Below are positions 7,132 through 16,634 of a DNA stretch of 40,828 bases, piece by piece. Every line of letters begins with the position of its first letter. The first letter of the stretch is position 1. The translations under genes were made by a program, and so were the position numbers. The stretch is taken from positions 1-40,828 of the IMG/VR virus record IMGVR_UViG_3300025168_000199; one strand, written 5' to 3'. This stretch comes from a virus. Taxonomy: Duplodnaviria; Caudoviricetes. A model generated the notes under the pieces. It was not told where the DNA came from. It worked only from the letters and a program-made list of their open reading frames with translations, and did not search any database.

Positions 7132-8875
7132 CGAGGCTTTGAACCTCTCAGTACGCGAAGAACTCGTTGCTCTAGGCAGCGAGCCGGGGGCCGACCGTGA
7201 TGAGGTCATGGCTGCCTGTCGCTCTAGCATCCACTACTGGCTGAACTACTTTGGTTGGACGTACAACCTGAAGGTGGTTGACGAGGATGGCAACGAAGTT
7301 CCAGCGATTGCACAGCACGTTCCGTTCAGGACGTGGCCAGTGCAGGACGCGGCGCTCAAGGATCTGTGCCACGCGATCGACCACGGCGAGGACGTGATCA
7401 TCGACAAGAGTCGAGACATGGGTGCGTCGTGGCTTTGTGTTGCACTTGCGGTCTGGTACTGGTTGTTCAGGAGCGACGCCCAGATCCTGATGGCATCGCG
7501 TATCGAGGACTTGGTTGATCGCCGTGGTGACCCCGACAGCCTGTTCTGGAAGGTGGACTACATGCTGGAGTCTATCCCTGAGTGGATGCTGCCAGCGGAG
7601 CGGACACACTTCGAGCGTGGTGGATCATGTCGATCGCACATGCAGTTGATCAACCCAAAGACGAACGCGACAATCTCAGGTCAGGCAACCACGGGACATG
7701 TCGGTCGTGGTGGGCGTCGTACCTTTGTGCTGTTCGACGAGATGGCGGCGATGGATCACGCGACTGACGCATGGCGATCAGCGGCGGACACCTCGGCATG
7801 CCGCATCGGGAACTCCACGCCGATCGGTCCCGGTACGGAGTTCACCAAGCAACGCAACTCAGGTTTAGTACACGGCAAGCCAAAGATCGTCACTCTCGGG
7901 TACTGGGATCACCCAACCAAGGGATACAAACGAGAATGGAAGATCGACGAGGACGGCACAATCACAAACATCGCCGGTCGTGGGTATTGGTGTAGTCCTT
8001 GGTTCCGCAATCAGGTCGAGCGTCGTCAAGACCCGTCTGATGTCGGACAGAATATCCTTATTGACCATACCACTTCCGGCGATTTGTTCTTCAACTCATC
8101 TATCGTCACTAGGCATGTTCAAGATTACGGCACGAACCCTGCTCGGTGTGAAATTGAAAACGGCATGATGGTGGAGTGCGAGAACGGTCGCTGGTTTGTG
8201 TACTGCGACATGGTTAGTGGAAGACCTGACCGCGAGACGAACTACTGCATGTTTGCTGACCTTGCACAAGGTCGTGGATCATCTAACTCTGCCGTGGCCG
8301 TCATGGACCGCGAGACTGGAGAATTTGTTGCTGAATACGTTGACCCCTTCACATCACCGTTTGACCTTGCTGAAGAAATCTGTCTTGCCGGTCGCACCGT
8401 GTGGCGTGGTCAGAACGGAGAGGCGTTCTTTGGATGGGAAGTGAACGGGCCGGGCGAGGCGTTCTATCAAGATGTGCAGCGGCAGAACTACTCCTACATC
8501 TACTACAGGCGTCAGTTGGGCAAGCGTGTCGGGAAACGCACGAGGGACTTCGGGTGGCGTTCGGACAGAAGATCCAAACGTATCCTGCTGTCTGGCCTCT
8601 CCAGAGAGATCAATTCTGGAGACATCGAGATACACAGTCGCGAAGGACTGGGCGAGATGCTCGACTATGTGTTTTTCGCGGACGGCAGTATCGGTCCCGG
8701 TCAACTACAAGACGAGTCCACCGGCGCTCGTGAGTCGCACGGCGACCGTGTAATTGCCTACGCAGGTGCGGTGTTTATGAGGGAAGAGGCACCGCACTTC
8801 GACGGCACAGTTTCGACGTTCAAGCGTAACTCGCTTGGAGACATACTCGGACACTCAGAGGTGCTAGATGAATAG
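7037..8875 (+). CDS. terL: Terminase large subunit (start uncertain, 7004-7110)
   Basis: Walker A IIDKSRDMGASW, Walker B FVLFDEMA, coupling motif NSTP, RNase H-like nuclease FADLAQG...HGDRVIA. Confidence 0.95.
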   Translation: MRYENGASEKAHPLTYEIFWIDEVSGWPIATDEALNLSVREELVALGSEPGADRDEVMAACRSSIHYWLNYFGWTYNLKVVDEDGNEVPAIAQHVPFRTWPVQDAALKDLCHAIDHGEDVIIDKSRDMGASWLCVALAVWYWLFRSDAQILMASRIEDLVDRRGDPDSLFWKVDYMLESIPEWMLPAERTHFERGGSCRSHMQLINPKTNATISGQATTGHVGRGGRRTFVLFDEMAAMDHATDAWRSAADTSACRIGNSTPIGPGTEFTKQRNSGLVHGKPKIVTLGYWDHPTKGYKREWKIDEDGTITNIAGRGYWCSPWFRNQVERRQDPSDVGQNILIDHTTSGDLFFNSSIVTRHVQDYGTNPARCEIENGMMVECENGRWFVYCDMVSGRPDRETNYCMFADLAQGRGSSNSAVAVMDRETGEFVAEYVDPFTSPFDLAEEICLAGRTVWRGQNGEAFFGWEVNGPGEAFYQDVQRQNYSYIYYRRQLGKRVGKRTRDFGWRSDRRSKRILLSGLSREINSGDIEIHSREGLGEMLDYVFFADGSIGPGQLQDESTGARESHGDRVIAYAGAVFMREEAPHFDGTVSTFKRNSLGDILGHSEVLDE

Positions 8876-9062
8876 CAAAGATTTCCAAATACGCATACAG
8901 GGTCTGGCCTCAGAAATGGTTGATCTGATCGAGACGCAGGATGGGGAAGGGTGGCTCGCCGCGATTGAATCCAAGCAGAAAACGTGGAGTGTAATGATCG
9001 CCGATAGCCCACTGACGGGCGTTGAATTGATGGAAACGTATGTGAGTTCACTGGACAAATGA
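8868..9062 (+). CDS. Hypothetical protein (64 aa)
   Basis: GAGG RBS; overlaps the TerL stop. Confidence 0.55.
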   Translation: MNSKDFQIRIQGLASEMVDLIETQDGEGWLAAIESKQKTWSVMIADSPLTGVELMETYVSSLDK

Positions 9063-9075
9063 GCGAGTCAAACAC

Positions 9076-9594
9076 ATGTTGGATGGAATCATCGATGAAG
9101 TGCGGGCATGGAGCAAGCGAGTGCTTGAGCCACCACGAAAGGACATGCAGGACTTTTCAGTGTGTCCGTACGCAGCAGGAGCATGGGAAGCAAACGCCGC
9201 CGATGTCGTGTTGGTTGACAACCAGCGAGACGTGCTGCAAGAGATTCCGTCATTCATTGAGAGCAAGTCTGCTGTCAAGATTCTTGTCAAGGTTGAGCCA
9301 GATGATTGGCCGATGGACACGTTTCTCGAAGACGTGCGAAGGCTTAACAAACGGTGGTCAAGGAAGAACGTGTACTGCATGGGGCTGCACCCTTGGGATG
9401 AGAACACATTTCTTGCGTCAGCATCTGAGGAAGATTCAGACCTCGACCTGCACGATGAATATGTGTTCTTGCTGTTGTTTAGGTTGGACGAACTCAATAT
9501 CGCCAGCAAGGCCATCGACGAAGACGGGTACTACAAGCAATGGCGAGCAGAACTGTACTACGAAATCCTCGCAAGAAGAGAGTCCAGTAAATGA
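9076..9594 (+). CDS. CPYA-motif acidic protein (DUF1415-like), paralog 1
   Basis: W...L.....CPYA..AW, an HP motif, and LFRLDELN..S..I...GYY..W. Confidence 0.65.
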   Translation: MLDGIIDEVRAWSKRVLEPPRKDMQDFSVCPYAAGAWEANAADVVLVDNQRDVLQEIPSFIESKSAVKILVKVEPDDWPMDTFLEDVRRLNKRWSRKNVYCMGLHPWDENTFLASASEEDSDLDLHDEYVFLLLFRLDELNIASKAIDEDGYYKQWRAELYYEILARRESSK

Positions 9595-10136
9595 CGCTTG
9601 ATCTGAACACAATCAAGCAGGACTTACAGCAGTGGGTGGTCAACTACCTTGACGTGCCGAGCGAGTTTTACAGCGGCAATAAGCCGTGTCCGTTTGCTCT
9701 CAAGTCGTGGACCAAGAGCAAGGTCAAGGTGGTGCTGGGCGAGGCGGCAGAAGTCGAACGGCAGGTCGCGGCGTGGGATGACAGTTGCGAACTTCTGATA
9801 GTTGTTTATGATCACGAGGCATGGTCAAGCAACGATTGGGTAAGAGAGAAAAACACAAGCATCACGGGTGACGACCTGTATCTCATGTCGTTTGACCCAG
9901 ACGATTCCGACCCTGACGACCCGAGCCTCGACCCTCACGAGTGGGGATCGATAACCGAGGACGTGTATGGGATGGTGTTTTTACAGCGGCTTTCTAATCT
10001 GAATGCGTATTCAGAGAAACTTAGGCCGACTGGTTACTACGAGAACGTGTCCCGTGACTTCATGGAATACGTCAACGAAAGGAAAATGACATGCGTGGCA
10101 GAAGCAAAGCAACCGGCAAACGATCAAAGCCTATGA
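9591..10136 (+). CDS. CPFA-motif acidic protein (DUF1415-like), paralog 2
   Basis: W...L.....CPFA..SW and LQRLSNLN..S..L...GYY, the same pattern as the upstream gene. Confidence 0.7.
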   Translation: MTLDLNTIKQDLQQWVVNYLDVPSEFYSGNKPCPFALKSWTKSKVKVVLGEAAEVERQVAAWDDSCELLIVVYDHEAWSSNDWVREKNTSITGDDLYLMSFDPDDSDPDDPSLDPHEWGSITEDVYGMVFLQRLSNLNAYSEKLRPTGYYENVSRDFMEYVNERKMTCVAEAKQPANDQSL

Positions 10137-10198
10137 GCAAGGGCATGAGCATGATGGGCAAGAAGAAGAAGAAGAAGACTATTCGTCGCAAGAAGTGA
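10091..10198 (+). CDS. Tiny Lys/Arg/Met-rich peptide (35 aa, MRGRSKATGKRSKPMSKGMSMMGKKKKKKTIRRKK); not in the ORF track
   Basis: Read by hand. AAAGGA RBS; explains the in-frame (AAG)6 run; GTGA overlap with the next ORF. Confidence 0.6.
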   Translation: MRGRSKATGKRSKPMSKGMSMMGKKKKKKTIRRKK

Positions 10199-10395
10199 GC
10201 AGCATGCGGATAAACAAATCAAAGGCTGGGTACACCGCTCAAAGTGGCGGTGTATCCAAGACCTTCAAGCGTAAGTCAGAGGCCAAGGATTTCCTCGATA
10301 AGTTCAGGGCCGCGAAGACGAACACGCGACACGGAACGAAGCACAGAAGCAGTAGCAATAAACTCACTCGCAAGTCACCACGATCAGGATATTGA
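10195..10395 (+). CDS. Small basic protein (66 aa)
   Basis: K/R/S-rich ORF coupled to its neighbours. Confidence 0.6.
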   Translation: MSSMRINKSKAGYTAQSGGVSKTFKRKSEAKDFLDKFRAAKTNTRHGTKHRSSSNKLTRKSPRSGY

Positions 10396-10396
10396 C

Positions 10397-10972
10397 ATGG
10401 CAAAGATGCAACAGGCCGCCAACCCAATGATGGGCATGTTTGGCAACCAACAAAATTCGTTTCCACCCATGATGGGCAGCATGCAGCAAACGCAAAGCCC
10501 ACCCATGATGGGCAACATGCAGCAACAGCAGTCTGCTGGTTATGAGCCTGATCCAAGTGATCCGGGGTATTTTACAAACCCAGAGTTCCCCGGCCAACGG
10601 TACGAACAACCAAGCCCCGGCTATTTCAGGCCGTCAGACCTTATGCCACAAGCCCCGCCAAATAAGTTCGCCCTTCCCAATCCGTTTTACAACAAGCCCG
10701 GTGGCTATCCTCCGTTTCTTGATCAGATAGATCCGCAGTTCGATTTCAGTAAACCGAACTTCTACGAGAAACCATTGCCCTACCCATTCACAGATGGAAT
10801 TGCGGGGACGTTGGTAGAAGAAAATCCACTCACTGCAATTAACATTGCGAACACACTTGGCATAGACGCTAGTGGGGGAGATCCTAAAATCAAAGGGATA
10901 ATGGGTTGGCTGGACACGGAACAAGGCCAGATGTTTATGGACACGTACCAAGACGCGATTGACGACAAATAG
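10397..10972 (+). CDS. Low-complexity Q/M/P-rich protein (191 aa)
   Basis: ATG 1 nt after the previous stop. Three PMMG repeats followed by a P/F/Y-rich region. Confidence 0.7.
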   Translation: MAKMQQAANPMMGMFGNQQNSFPPMMGSMQQTQSPPMMGNMQQQQSAGYEPDPSDPGYFTNPEFPGQRYEQPSPGYFRPSDLMPQAPPNKFALPNPFYNKPGGYPPFLDQIDPQFDFSKPNFYEKPLPYPFTDGIAGTLVEENPLTAINIANTLGIDASGGDPKIKGIMGWLDTEQGQMFMDTYQDAIDDK

Positions 10973-10980
10973 AGAAATGA

Positions 10981-12723
10981 ATGCTAGACGTAACGCCTGA
11001 AAACTTGTACGAAGAAATCCAAGCGGCAGAGAACCTCCGCGACGAACACCTTGAAACCTATAGCAATTTGGTAGGCCAGTTTGTTGGTTCTTCGTATCGT
11101 GACATGGCAGGTGGCAGCGGAGATGTACCTGAGAACCACGTCTACGAATACATTTCGCTGACGATACCTCGACTGATTCATGACAACCCGCGAGTCAAAG
11201 TGACGACACGTCGTCCTGTATCACAGCGAATGACCGCAACGGCTTTGCAACATGGGCTGAACCGATGGGCCAAGGGAACCAACATACGTCACCCGTTGAT
11301 GTTGGCAGGCTATGACATGTTGTTGAACTACGGCGTCATGATGACCGTTCAGGAAACCCAGCCCGGCTATGACGACACGGACCCAGATTCGCCACAGTGG
11401 CCCCGTTGTTATCGAATCTCACCAAAGCGATTCATTATCGACCCGTTGGCGTTGTCGTTTGAGCAGTCGAGGTTTGTCGGACACGTTTGGATTCGTGACC
11501 GAGAAGACTTGCTTGAAGAGGCCAAAGATGACGACTCTTGGAACACCGAGTTTATTGAGTCTATGACTGACGACGTTGACTTGGATACTTACCGCGATTC
11601 TCTTGGTGGCAAGAAGGACGCGCCGACCAGAAAAGAAATACTTGGCTACGAGGTGTGGGTTCCAGAGGTTCAGTACGACGACGAACTCGGCCCATTGGAA
11701 GGGTTCAACGGAACGATCTACACCTTGTCGATGGCACAAGGTACTGGCGACGAAATACACGTCGAATACTTGAGAGATCCACGTCCGTACTACGGGCCAC
11801 CAAGCGGACCTTACACGATGTTCGGCGCATATTGCGTTCCCGATAATTCGTTCCCACTTTCACCGTTGGTGGCTGTGTCTGGACAAGCAGACGATCTCAA
11901 CGAACACGTCATCGCGGCACAACGTGCGGCGGCCCAGTACAAGCGAATGGTATTCGTAGATGCCAAGAACAAGAAACTGGCACAGGACGTAGCGTCATCG
12001 CCGGATAACTTTGTCGTGCCGGTTGAGAACCTTGACCGCGAAAGCATCGTGCCTGTTGAATTGGGCGGTGTGACCCAGCAGATGATTGGCTACATTCAGA
12101 TGGCCCGTGAACGCCTCGACCGCAACAGTGGCGTGCAGGACGCACAGCGTGGTGTGGTTACTGGTGATGCAACAGCGACCGAGGTACAGATCGCAGAAGC
12201 GTCTGGCTCGCTTCGTTTCGCGTACATCCGGCGACAGTTCGTAGATGCGGTAGACGACATCGTGCAGAAGGCTGCGTGGTTTATGTACCACGACGACCGC
12301 GTGGTGTTCCCGATAGGCATCGAGGCCGCTGAAGAGATGGGCGTGCCGGAACCGTTCTGGCGTGGCGGCATGCAGACGGCGATGACAGGCGAGAGGTTCG
12401 AGGACTTGGAGATGGAAGTCGAAGCCTATTCGATGGAAAGAACCAACGAGTCGCTGGTGCAGAAACGTGCGATGGAGACGTTGCAGATCGTGACGCAGTC
12501 AGCGCCGATGATGATGCAGATGCCGTTCTTGGACTGGGACGCACTGCTGAAAATGGTTGGAGATTCAATGAACATGCCTGAACTTGGTGAACTAATCAAC
12601 AAGGAAGGCATGCAACAATACATGCAGGCACAACAAGAGGCTCAGGCCGCACAGCAGGTTGACGTTGCTGGTGGTGAATCGAGCGTAGCAAGGGAGAGGG
12701 CTGCTCAAAGCCTTGGACTGTAA
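10981..12723 (+). CDS. Portal protein
   Basis: 580 aa between terminase and scaffold. RISPKRFIIDP and RG....ATATEVQI motifs typical of P22-like portals; Q-rich C-terminus. Confidence 0.9.
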   Translation: MLDVTPENLYEEIQAAENLRDEHLETYSNLVGQFVGSSYRDMAGGSGDVPENHVYEYISLTIPRLIHDNPRVKVTTRRPVSQRMTATALQHGLNRWAKGTNIRHPLMLAGYDMLLNYGVMMTVQETQPGYDDTDPDSPQWPRCYRISPKRFIIDPLALSFEQSRFVGHVWIRDREDLLEEAKDDDSWNTEFIESMTDDVDLDTYRDSLGGKKDAPTRKEILGYEVWVPEVQYDDELGPLEGFNGTIYTLSMAQGTGDEIHVEYLRDPRPYYGPPSGPYTMFGAYCVPDNSFPLSPLVAVSGQADDLNEHVIAAQRAAAQYKRMVFVDAKNKKLAQDVASSPDNFVVPVENLDRESIVPVELGGVTQQMIGYIQMARERLDRNSGVQDAQRGVVTGDATATEVQIAEASGSLRFAYIRRQFVDAVDDIVQKAAWFMYHDDRVVFPIGIEAAEEMGVPEPFWRGGMQTAMTGERFEDLEMEVEAYSMERTNESLVQKRAMETLQIVTQSAPMMMQMPFLDWDALLKMVGDSMNMPELGELINKEGMQQYMQAQQEAQAAQQVDVAGGESSVARERAAQSLGL

Positions 12724-13022
12724 TGCCGATATACGCATTCACAGATGAGAGTAGCGTCGAACACGAGTTGTTCTACAATTCGTCTGACGTTCCTAAAATT
12801 GGTGACACGGTGCAAAGCGACGGCAAGACGCTCACGCGAGTAGCGTCGTTCGTCTTAGACACCGCAGGGATTGCACGCAAGACTCACCAGTACCCATACG
12901 TTTCGCGGGCATTGCCACGAAACCTTGAGGGGGCAGACTGCAACAAGTTGGGGCAGCCAGTTATTCGTTCACAAGCCCATGAGCGGGACATCGCGTCTCG
13001 CCATGATATGGACAAAAGTTAG
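12723..13022 (+). CDS. FmdB-like small protein (MPIYxF start) lacking the CxxC pairs
   Basis: MPIYAF N-terminus and the usual post-portal position. Confidence 0.55.
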   Translation: MPIYAFTDESSVEHELFYNSSDVPKIGDTVQSDGKTLTRVASFVLDTAGIARKTHQYPYVSRALPRNLEGADCNKLGQPVIRSQAHERDIASRHDMDKS

Positions 13023-13055
13023 GGAGCCAGAAATGGTTAACCCCGGAGAAAAAAT

Positions 13056-14120
13056 ATGAGCGACGAAATGTACAACGAGGCAGAGGCAACAGAAACAACT
13101 GAGGCTTCTCAGATTGAAGATGCAATTCTGGACGACATGCCATTGCCGGAAGGACTCGGTACTGCCGGGGCCAAGGGCGATGACAGTGTGTTGGACACTT
13201 TGCTAGGTGTAATTGAACAACAAGAGGAAGAACCTTCTGAACCAGCAGAACCAGAAGACTCCATTGAAAAGTTTGCAACGTCGGAACCAGAAGAAGAAGC
13301 AGAAACAGAAACGGTCGATGAGACACCTGTTGCTGAAACTGGCGATGACCACGAGAGGGCGATGGCCGCTCTCTTGAGAGACGGGACACCGCGTCACATT
13401 CTGGACGAAGAGTACGAACGAAACCCTGATCGATTCGTCGAATGGGGACTCAAGCGTGCAAAGGTTCAGTCTGACGGCGACCGTTTCTCACAAGAACATG
13501 CTGAGTTGAAAGCCAAACTTGACGCAACGCAACAAGTCGAAGAAGGAGCAGAGGGCGAGGTCACCGCTGAGAACACGTCAGCCGACCAAACTCAACCTGC
13601 ACAGAACATCGACTTGGCAACGCAACGTGCCAAGATTGCTGACATCTTTGGTGAAGAAGCAGCAGACGCTGTGCTTCAGCCAATCCAATCACTGACTCAA
13701 GAACTCAAGGCAGTGATCGGGCAGCAACAACAGCGATTGTTCCAGATATCACAGATGATGGAACAGAAAGAAGTGTCGTCTGTACGAACACAATTGCAGG
13801 AACGGTTCCCGCAATTGTCTGACGACGAAGCGTTCAAGACCGTTCGTGAAAAAATGGAAGTGCTTGCCAAGACTGGCCAGTACAAAAATTACCACGACGT
13901 AATGTTGGACGCAGCACGCATATCATTTGCTGACGCAATACAAACAAAGACAGTTGTTGCAAAGATCAACCAAGCCAAATCAGCCGGGCAGCCAAAGCAG
14001 AAATCGACCGCGTCTACCGCGACTCGACCGAAGACTTTGAGCGACCGAGATGATCAGGTTCTTGAATCGTTGATGAGCGGCATGTCATTGAATGATGTTG
14101 CACAGCAATTTAAATCTTGA
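13056..14120 (+). CDS. Capsid scaffolding protein
   Basis: Very acidic N-half, coiled-coil, position directly before the capsid gene. Confidence 0.8.
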   Translation: MSDEMYNEAEATETTEASQIEDAILDDMPLPEGLGTAGAKGDDSVLDTLLGVIEQQEEEPSEPAEPEDSIEKFATSEPEEEAETETVDETPVAETGDDHERAMAALLRDGTPRHILDEEYERNPDRFVEWGLKRAKVQSDGDRFSQEHAELKAKLDATQQVEEGAEGEVTAENTSADQTQPAQNIDLATQRAKIADIFGEEAADAVLQPIQSLTQELKAVIGQQQQRLFQISQMMEQKEVSSVRTQLQERFPQLSDDEAFKTVREKMEVLAKTGQYKNYHDVMLDAARISFADAIQTKTVVAKINQAKSAGQPKQKSTASTATRPKTLSDRDDQVLESLMSGMSLNDVAQQFKS

Positions 14121-14132
14121 TTGGAGTGACTA

Positions 14133-15290
14133 ATGGGTACTGCCCTTAGCAATTTTAACGACTTCATGAACCTGACCGGACCTCGTTACTTGACGAGCGC
14201 CGAGCAGGTAGTCAATGAAGCCGTAGAGAACACTTACCTCCTTTCCCGCATGCTCAAGGGCAAGGGAATGGACAGCGTCATCCAAGGGGGTAGCACAATT
14301 CGTGAAACCCTGATGTTGGATGAAAACAACACTTACGAGCATTACCAGCCGAACGATACCTTCACTTGGAAGAATCCTGAAGTGGCAACGAATCTGGAGA
14401 TCGACTGGCGATTCTCCATCGACCACCTCGCATGGACTGACCAAGAGGTTGAACTTCAGGTTGGCGATGGTCTCTCCCGTGACGCACAGAAGGTCGTGTA
14501 CAAGCGACTCAAGCGTCTCAAGGAGCAGCGTCTCTGGACTTCGATGATGAACGGCATGGAAGGCGACCTCTGGCGTCTGCCTGCTGACTCTGGCGATAAT
14601 GACATGGAGTCATCAAACGGTAAGGTTCCTTACTCGATTCCTTCGTTCATTCACGAAAACAATAGCGGTGCAGCACACTGGAACTTTGGTTCCGACACGC
14701 TTCAGGGTCTTGACATTTCTGAAGCAGGCGAGAAGTATCACAACCAAGTATCGACGTATGACTACGACGATGCTGATGACAGTGATGGCGACAACGATGG
14801 CCTCCTCGATGCCTTTGATGAAATGTTCCTGAAGGTACAGTTCGTTCCGCCTGCAACTAAGCAGGAGTATTTCGAGAAGCCAAACCTGACTCGGCAGTTC
14901 ATTGCAGCCTCCCGTAGTGGTGTCAACCTCTACAAGAGGATGCTTCGTGACGCTAACGATACTCTTGTCAACCGTCAGGATCCTGCGTACAACAACCCGC
15001 AGTACAGCGGCATCGACCTGATGTACATCAGCAGCCTTGACACCGCAGAGATTTACACCAACGGTGGTACGGCCTCAACTGAGTCCGGCGCAGCCATTGA
15101 TGGCGCTCGTTACTACTGGGTCAACGCTAACTACCTGACACCTGTCTATCACTCACGTCGTTACTTCTTCAAGCACGACGTTATGAATCACCCAAACCAG
15201 CCGTTCACAAACGTGCAGCCGGTTGACTGTTGGTGGAACATGTTCTGCTCGTCACGACGACGACAGGGTATTGTTGCTCCTGCTTCGTGA
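14133..15290 (+). CDS. Major capsid protein
   Basis: 385 aa after the scaffold with a GGAG RBS. GGSTIRETL and C-terminal SSRRRQG pattern seen in HK97-fold capsids. Confidence 0.85.
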   Translation: MGTALSNFNDFMNLTGPRYLTSAEQVVNEAVENTYLLSRMLKGKGMDSVIQGGSTIRETLMLDENNTYEHYQPNDTFTWKNPEVATNLEIDWRFSIDHLAWTDQEVELQVGDGLSRDAQKVVYKRLKRLKEQRLWTSMMNGMEGDLWRLPADSGDNDMESSNGKVPYSIPSFIHENNSGAAHWNFGSDTLQGLDISEAGEKYHNQVSTYDYDDADDSDGDNDGLLDAFDEMFLKVQFVPPATKQEYFEKPNLTRQFIAASRSGVNLYKRMLRDANDTLVNRQDPAYNNPQYSGIDLMYISSLDTAEIYTNGGTASTESGAAIDGARYYWVNANYLTPVYHSRRYFFKHDVMNHPNQPFTNVQPVDCWWNMFCSSRRRQGIVAPAS

Positions 15291-15330
15291 TTTTAATTAA
15301 TACAAACACTCAAATACGGAGTAAATAACA

Positions 15331-16068
15331 ATGGCTTTGAGTATTCCTTTTCTTCCCCCAGTTACAAAGCCCGGTGCGCCACTGGATATGCCAGTTGTGT
15401 ATTTCGACGACTTTGTAACAGGTGGATACAGTAGAGACTTGGCCCTTTCGTCTGAGTCTGATCCCGGAGCAAAGTTTTCACAAGTTGCCGATTGCGGCGA
15501 ATGGCTTGTTACTGTCGTAGATGGCGATGGCGACAACACTGAAAACATAACGTGCGCTGACGATGCTGTTGGTGGACAACTTGCTGTTCTCACAAACGAC
15601 AAAGACAATGATTCTGTAGAAATGCAGTTGAATGGCGAATCGTTTAAGGCCGCAGCGGGTAAAACGCTTATCTTTGAGACTCGTCTCAAAGGCGCTGATG
15701 TTAGTGAGTTCGACTGGTTTGTTGGGCTTTCAATCACAGACACTACGGTTATGACGGCAGCGTCTGACCGAATTGGGTTTGAATGTCCAGATTCTACTGG
15801 CGACATCGACGCAATCAGTGAAAAAGACAGCACGCAGACCACGACAGACACAACTAAAGACATTGCAGACAATGCGTTTGTAATTCTTCGAGTTGAAATT
15901 TCTGGCACAACCAAGGCTAGGTTCTTTGTTGATGGTTCGTTGGTAGCGACTCACACTACTAACATTCCAGACGACGAAGCGCTTACCCCAACGGTTTGCG
16001 TACGCAATGATGGTGGAGCGGCTAACACGCTTACGCTTGATTACATTCTGGTAACTCAAGAGCGTTGA
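15331..16068 (+). CDS. Virion decoration protein with a ConA/lectin-like beta-sandwich
   Basis: YFDDF...LIFETRL...WFVGL...ARFFVDGSLVATHTTNIP...LDYI pattern, located after the MCP. Confidence 0.65.
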   Translation: MALSIPFLPPVTKPGAPLDMPVVYFDDFVTGGYSRDLALSSESDPGAKFSQVADCGEWLVTVVDGDGDNTENITCADDAVGGQLAVLTNDKDNDSVEMQLNGESFKAAAGKTLIFETRLKGADVSEFDWFVGLSITDTTVMTAASDRIGFECPDSTGDIDAISEKDSTQTTTDTTKDIADNAFVILRVEISGTTKARFFVDGSLVATHTTNIPDDEALTPTVCVRNDGGAANTLTLDYILVTQER

Positions 16069-16089
16069 TAAGTTTGTTTGATCCTTTTC

Positions 16090-16150
16090 TTCCTCCCTGC
16101 GGTCTTCGGGCCGCAGGGGGGGAACCCTAGCGTGGCGAGTGGGTCCACGC
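16090..16150 (+). other. Strong cUUCGg hairpin plus a second hairpin, no U-tract
   Basis: TTCCTCCCTGCGGTC-TTCG-GGCCGCAGGGGGGGAA (16090-16124), then GCGTGG-N9-CCACGC (16130-16150). Confidence 0.75.
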
Positions 16151-16181
16151 GAATCACACCCACAGGCACAAGGAGTAAACC

Positions 16182-16628
16182 ATGCCGAGTCCAAACAGAG
16201 TGCGACAGATTGCTCAGTACGAAGCAACGCACACGTTATGCAAGACAGTTACAGCAAGCGTCTCATTGACCGCAGCCGATAGTGGAAAACTCATCTGCTG
16301 CGATCTAGTTGCACCGGGTGCAGACACAACGCTCACACTTCCTACACCACAAGTAGGCTTGACCTACCGTGTTGTTGTTTGGAAAGATGATGACGGTAGT
16401 GACGATTTGCTCGTTGCTACTCATGCTTCAACCTCATTGTTCAAGGGCGGCGTTATTCACGCTGACACCAACGCTGACAATGTGTCCGTGCAAGCGGGCT
16501 TTAGTTCAGAAGACACTTGGACGTTTCAAGACGCAGAAGTTGGTACTGATGTCACCTTCGTTTGTGACGGCACACACTGGTATACCACTGGCGTTGTAAT
16601 GTCACAAGATGCCCCGGCTTGCGCCTGA
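16182..16628 (+). CDS. Small virion fibre/decoration-type protein, paralog 1
   Basis: LTAADSGKLI...TLTLP...GLTY...GTDVTFVCDGTHWY. AAGGAG RBS. Confidence 0.7.
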   Translation: MPSPNRVRQIAQYEATHTLCKTVTASVSLTAADSGKLICCDLVAPGADTTLTLPTPQVGLTYRVVVWKDDDGSDDLLVATHASTSLFKGGVIHADTNADNVSVQAGFSSEDTWTFQDAEVGTDVTFVCDGTHWYTTGVVMSQDAPACA

Positions 16629-16634
16629 TAACAC

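Noticed and set aside
9059-9601. 180-aa alternative-frame ORF over 9076-9594
   Set aside because: Its composition is Cys/Thr/Arg-rich and unnatural, while the other frame is clearly paralogous to 9591-10136.
10159-10177. (AAG)n run as a phase-variable microsatellite
   Set aside because: It is an in-frame poly-Lys tract of a small basic peptide, so slippage would not shift the frame.
15297-15914. Minus-strand ORFs across the structural region (for example 15297-15914, 26474-27100, 34341-34880)
   Set aside because: They are antisense shadows of strong plus-strand genes and carry no motifs.
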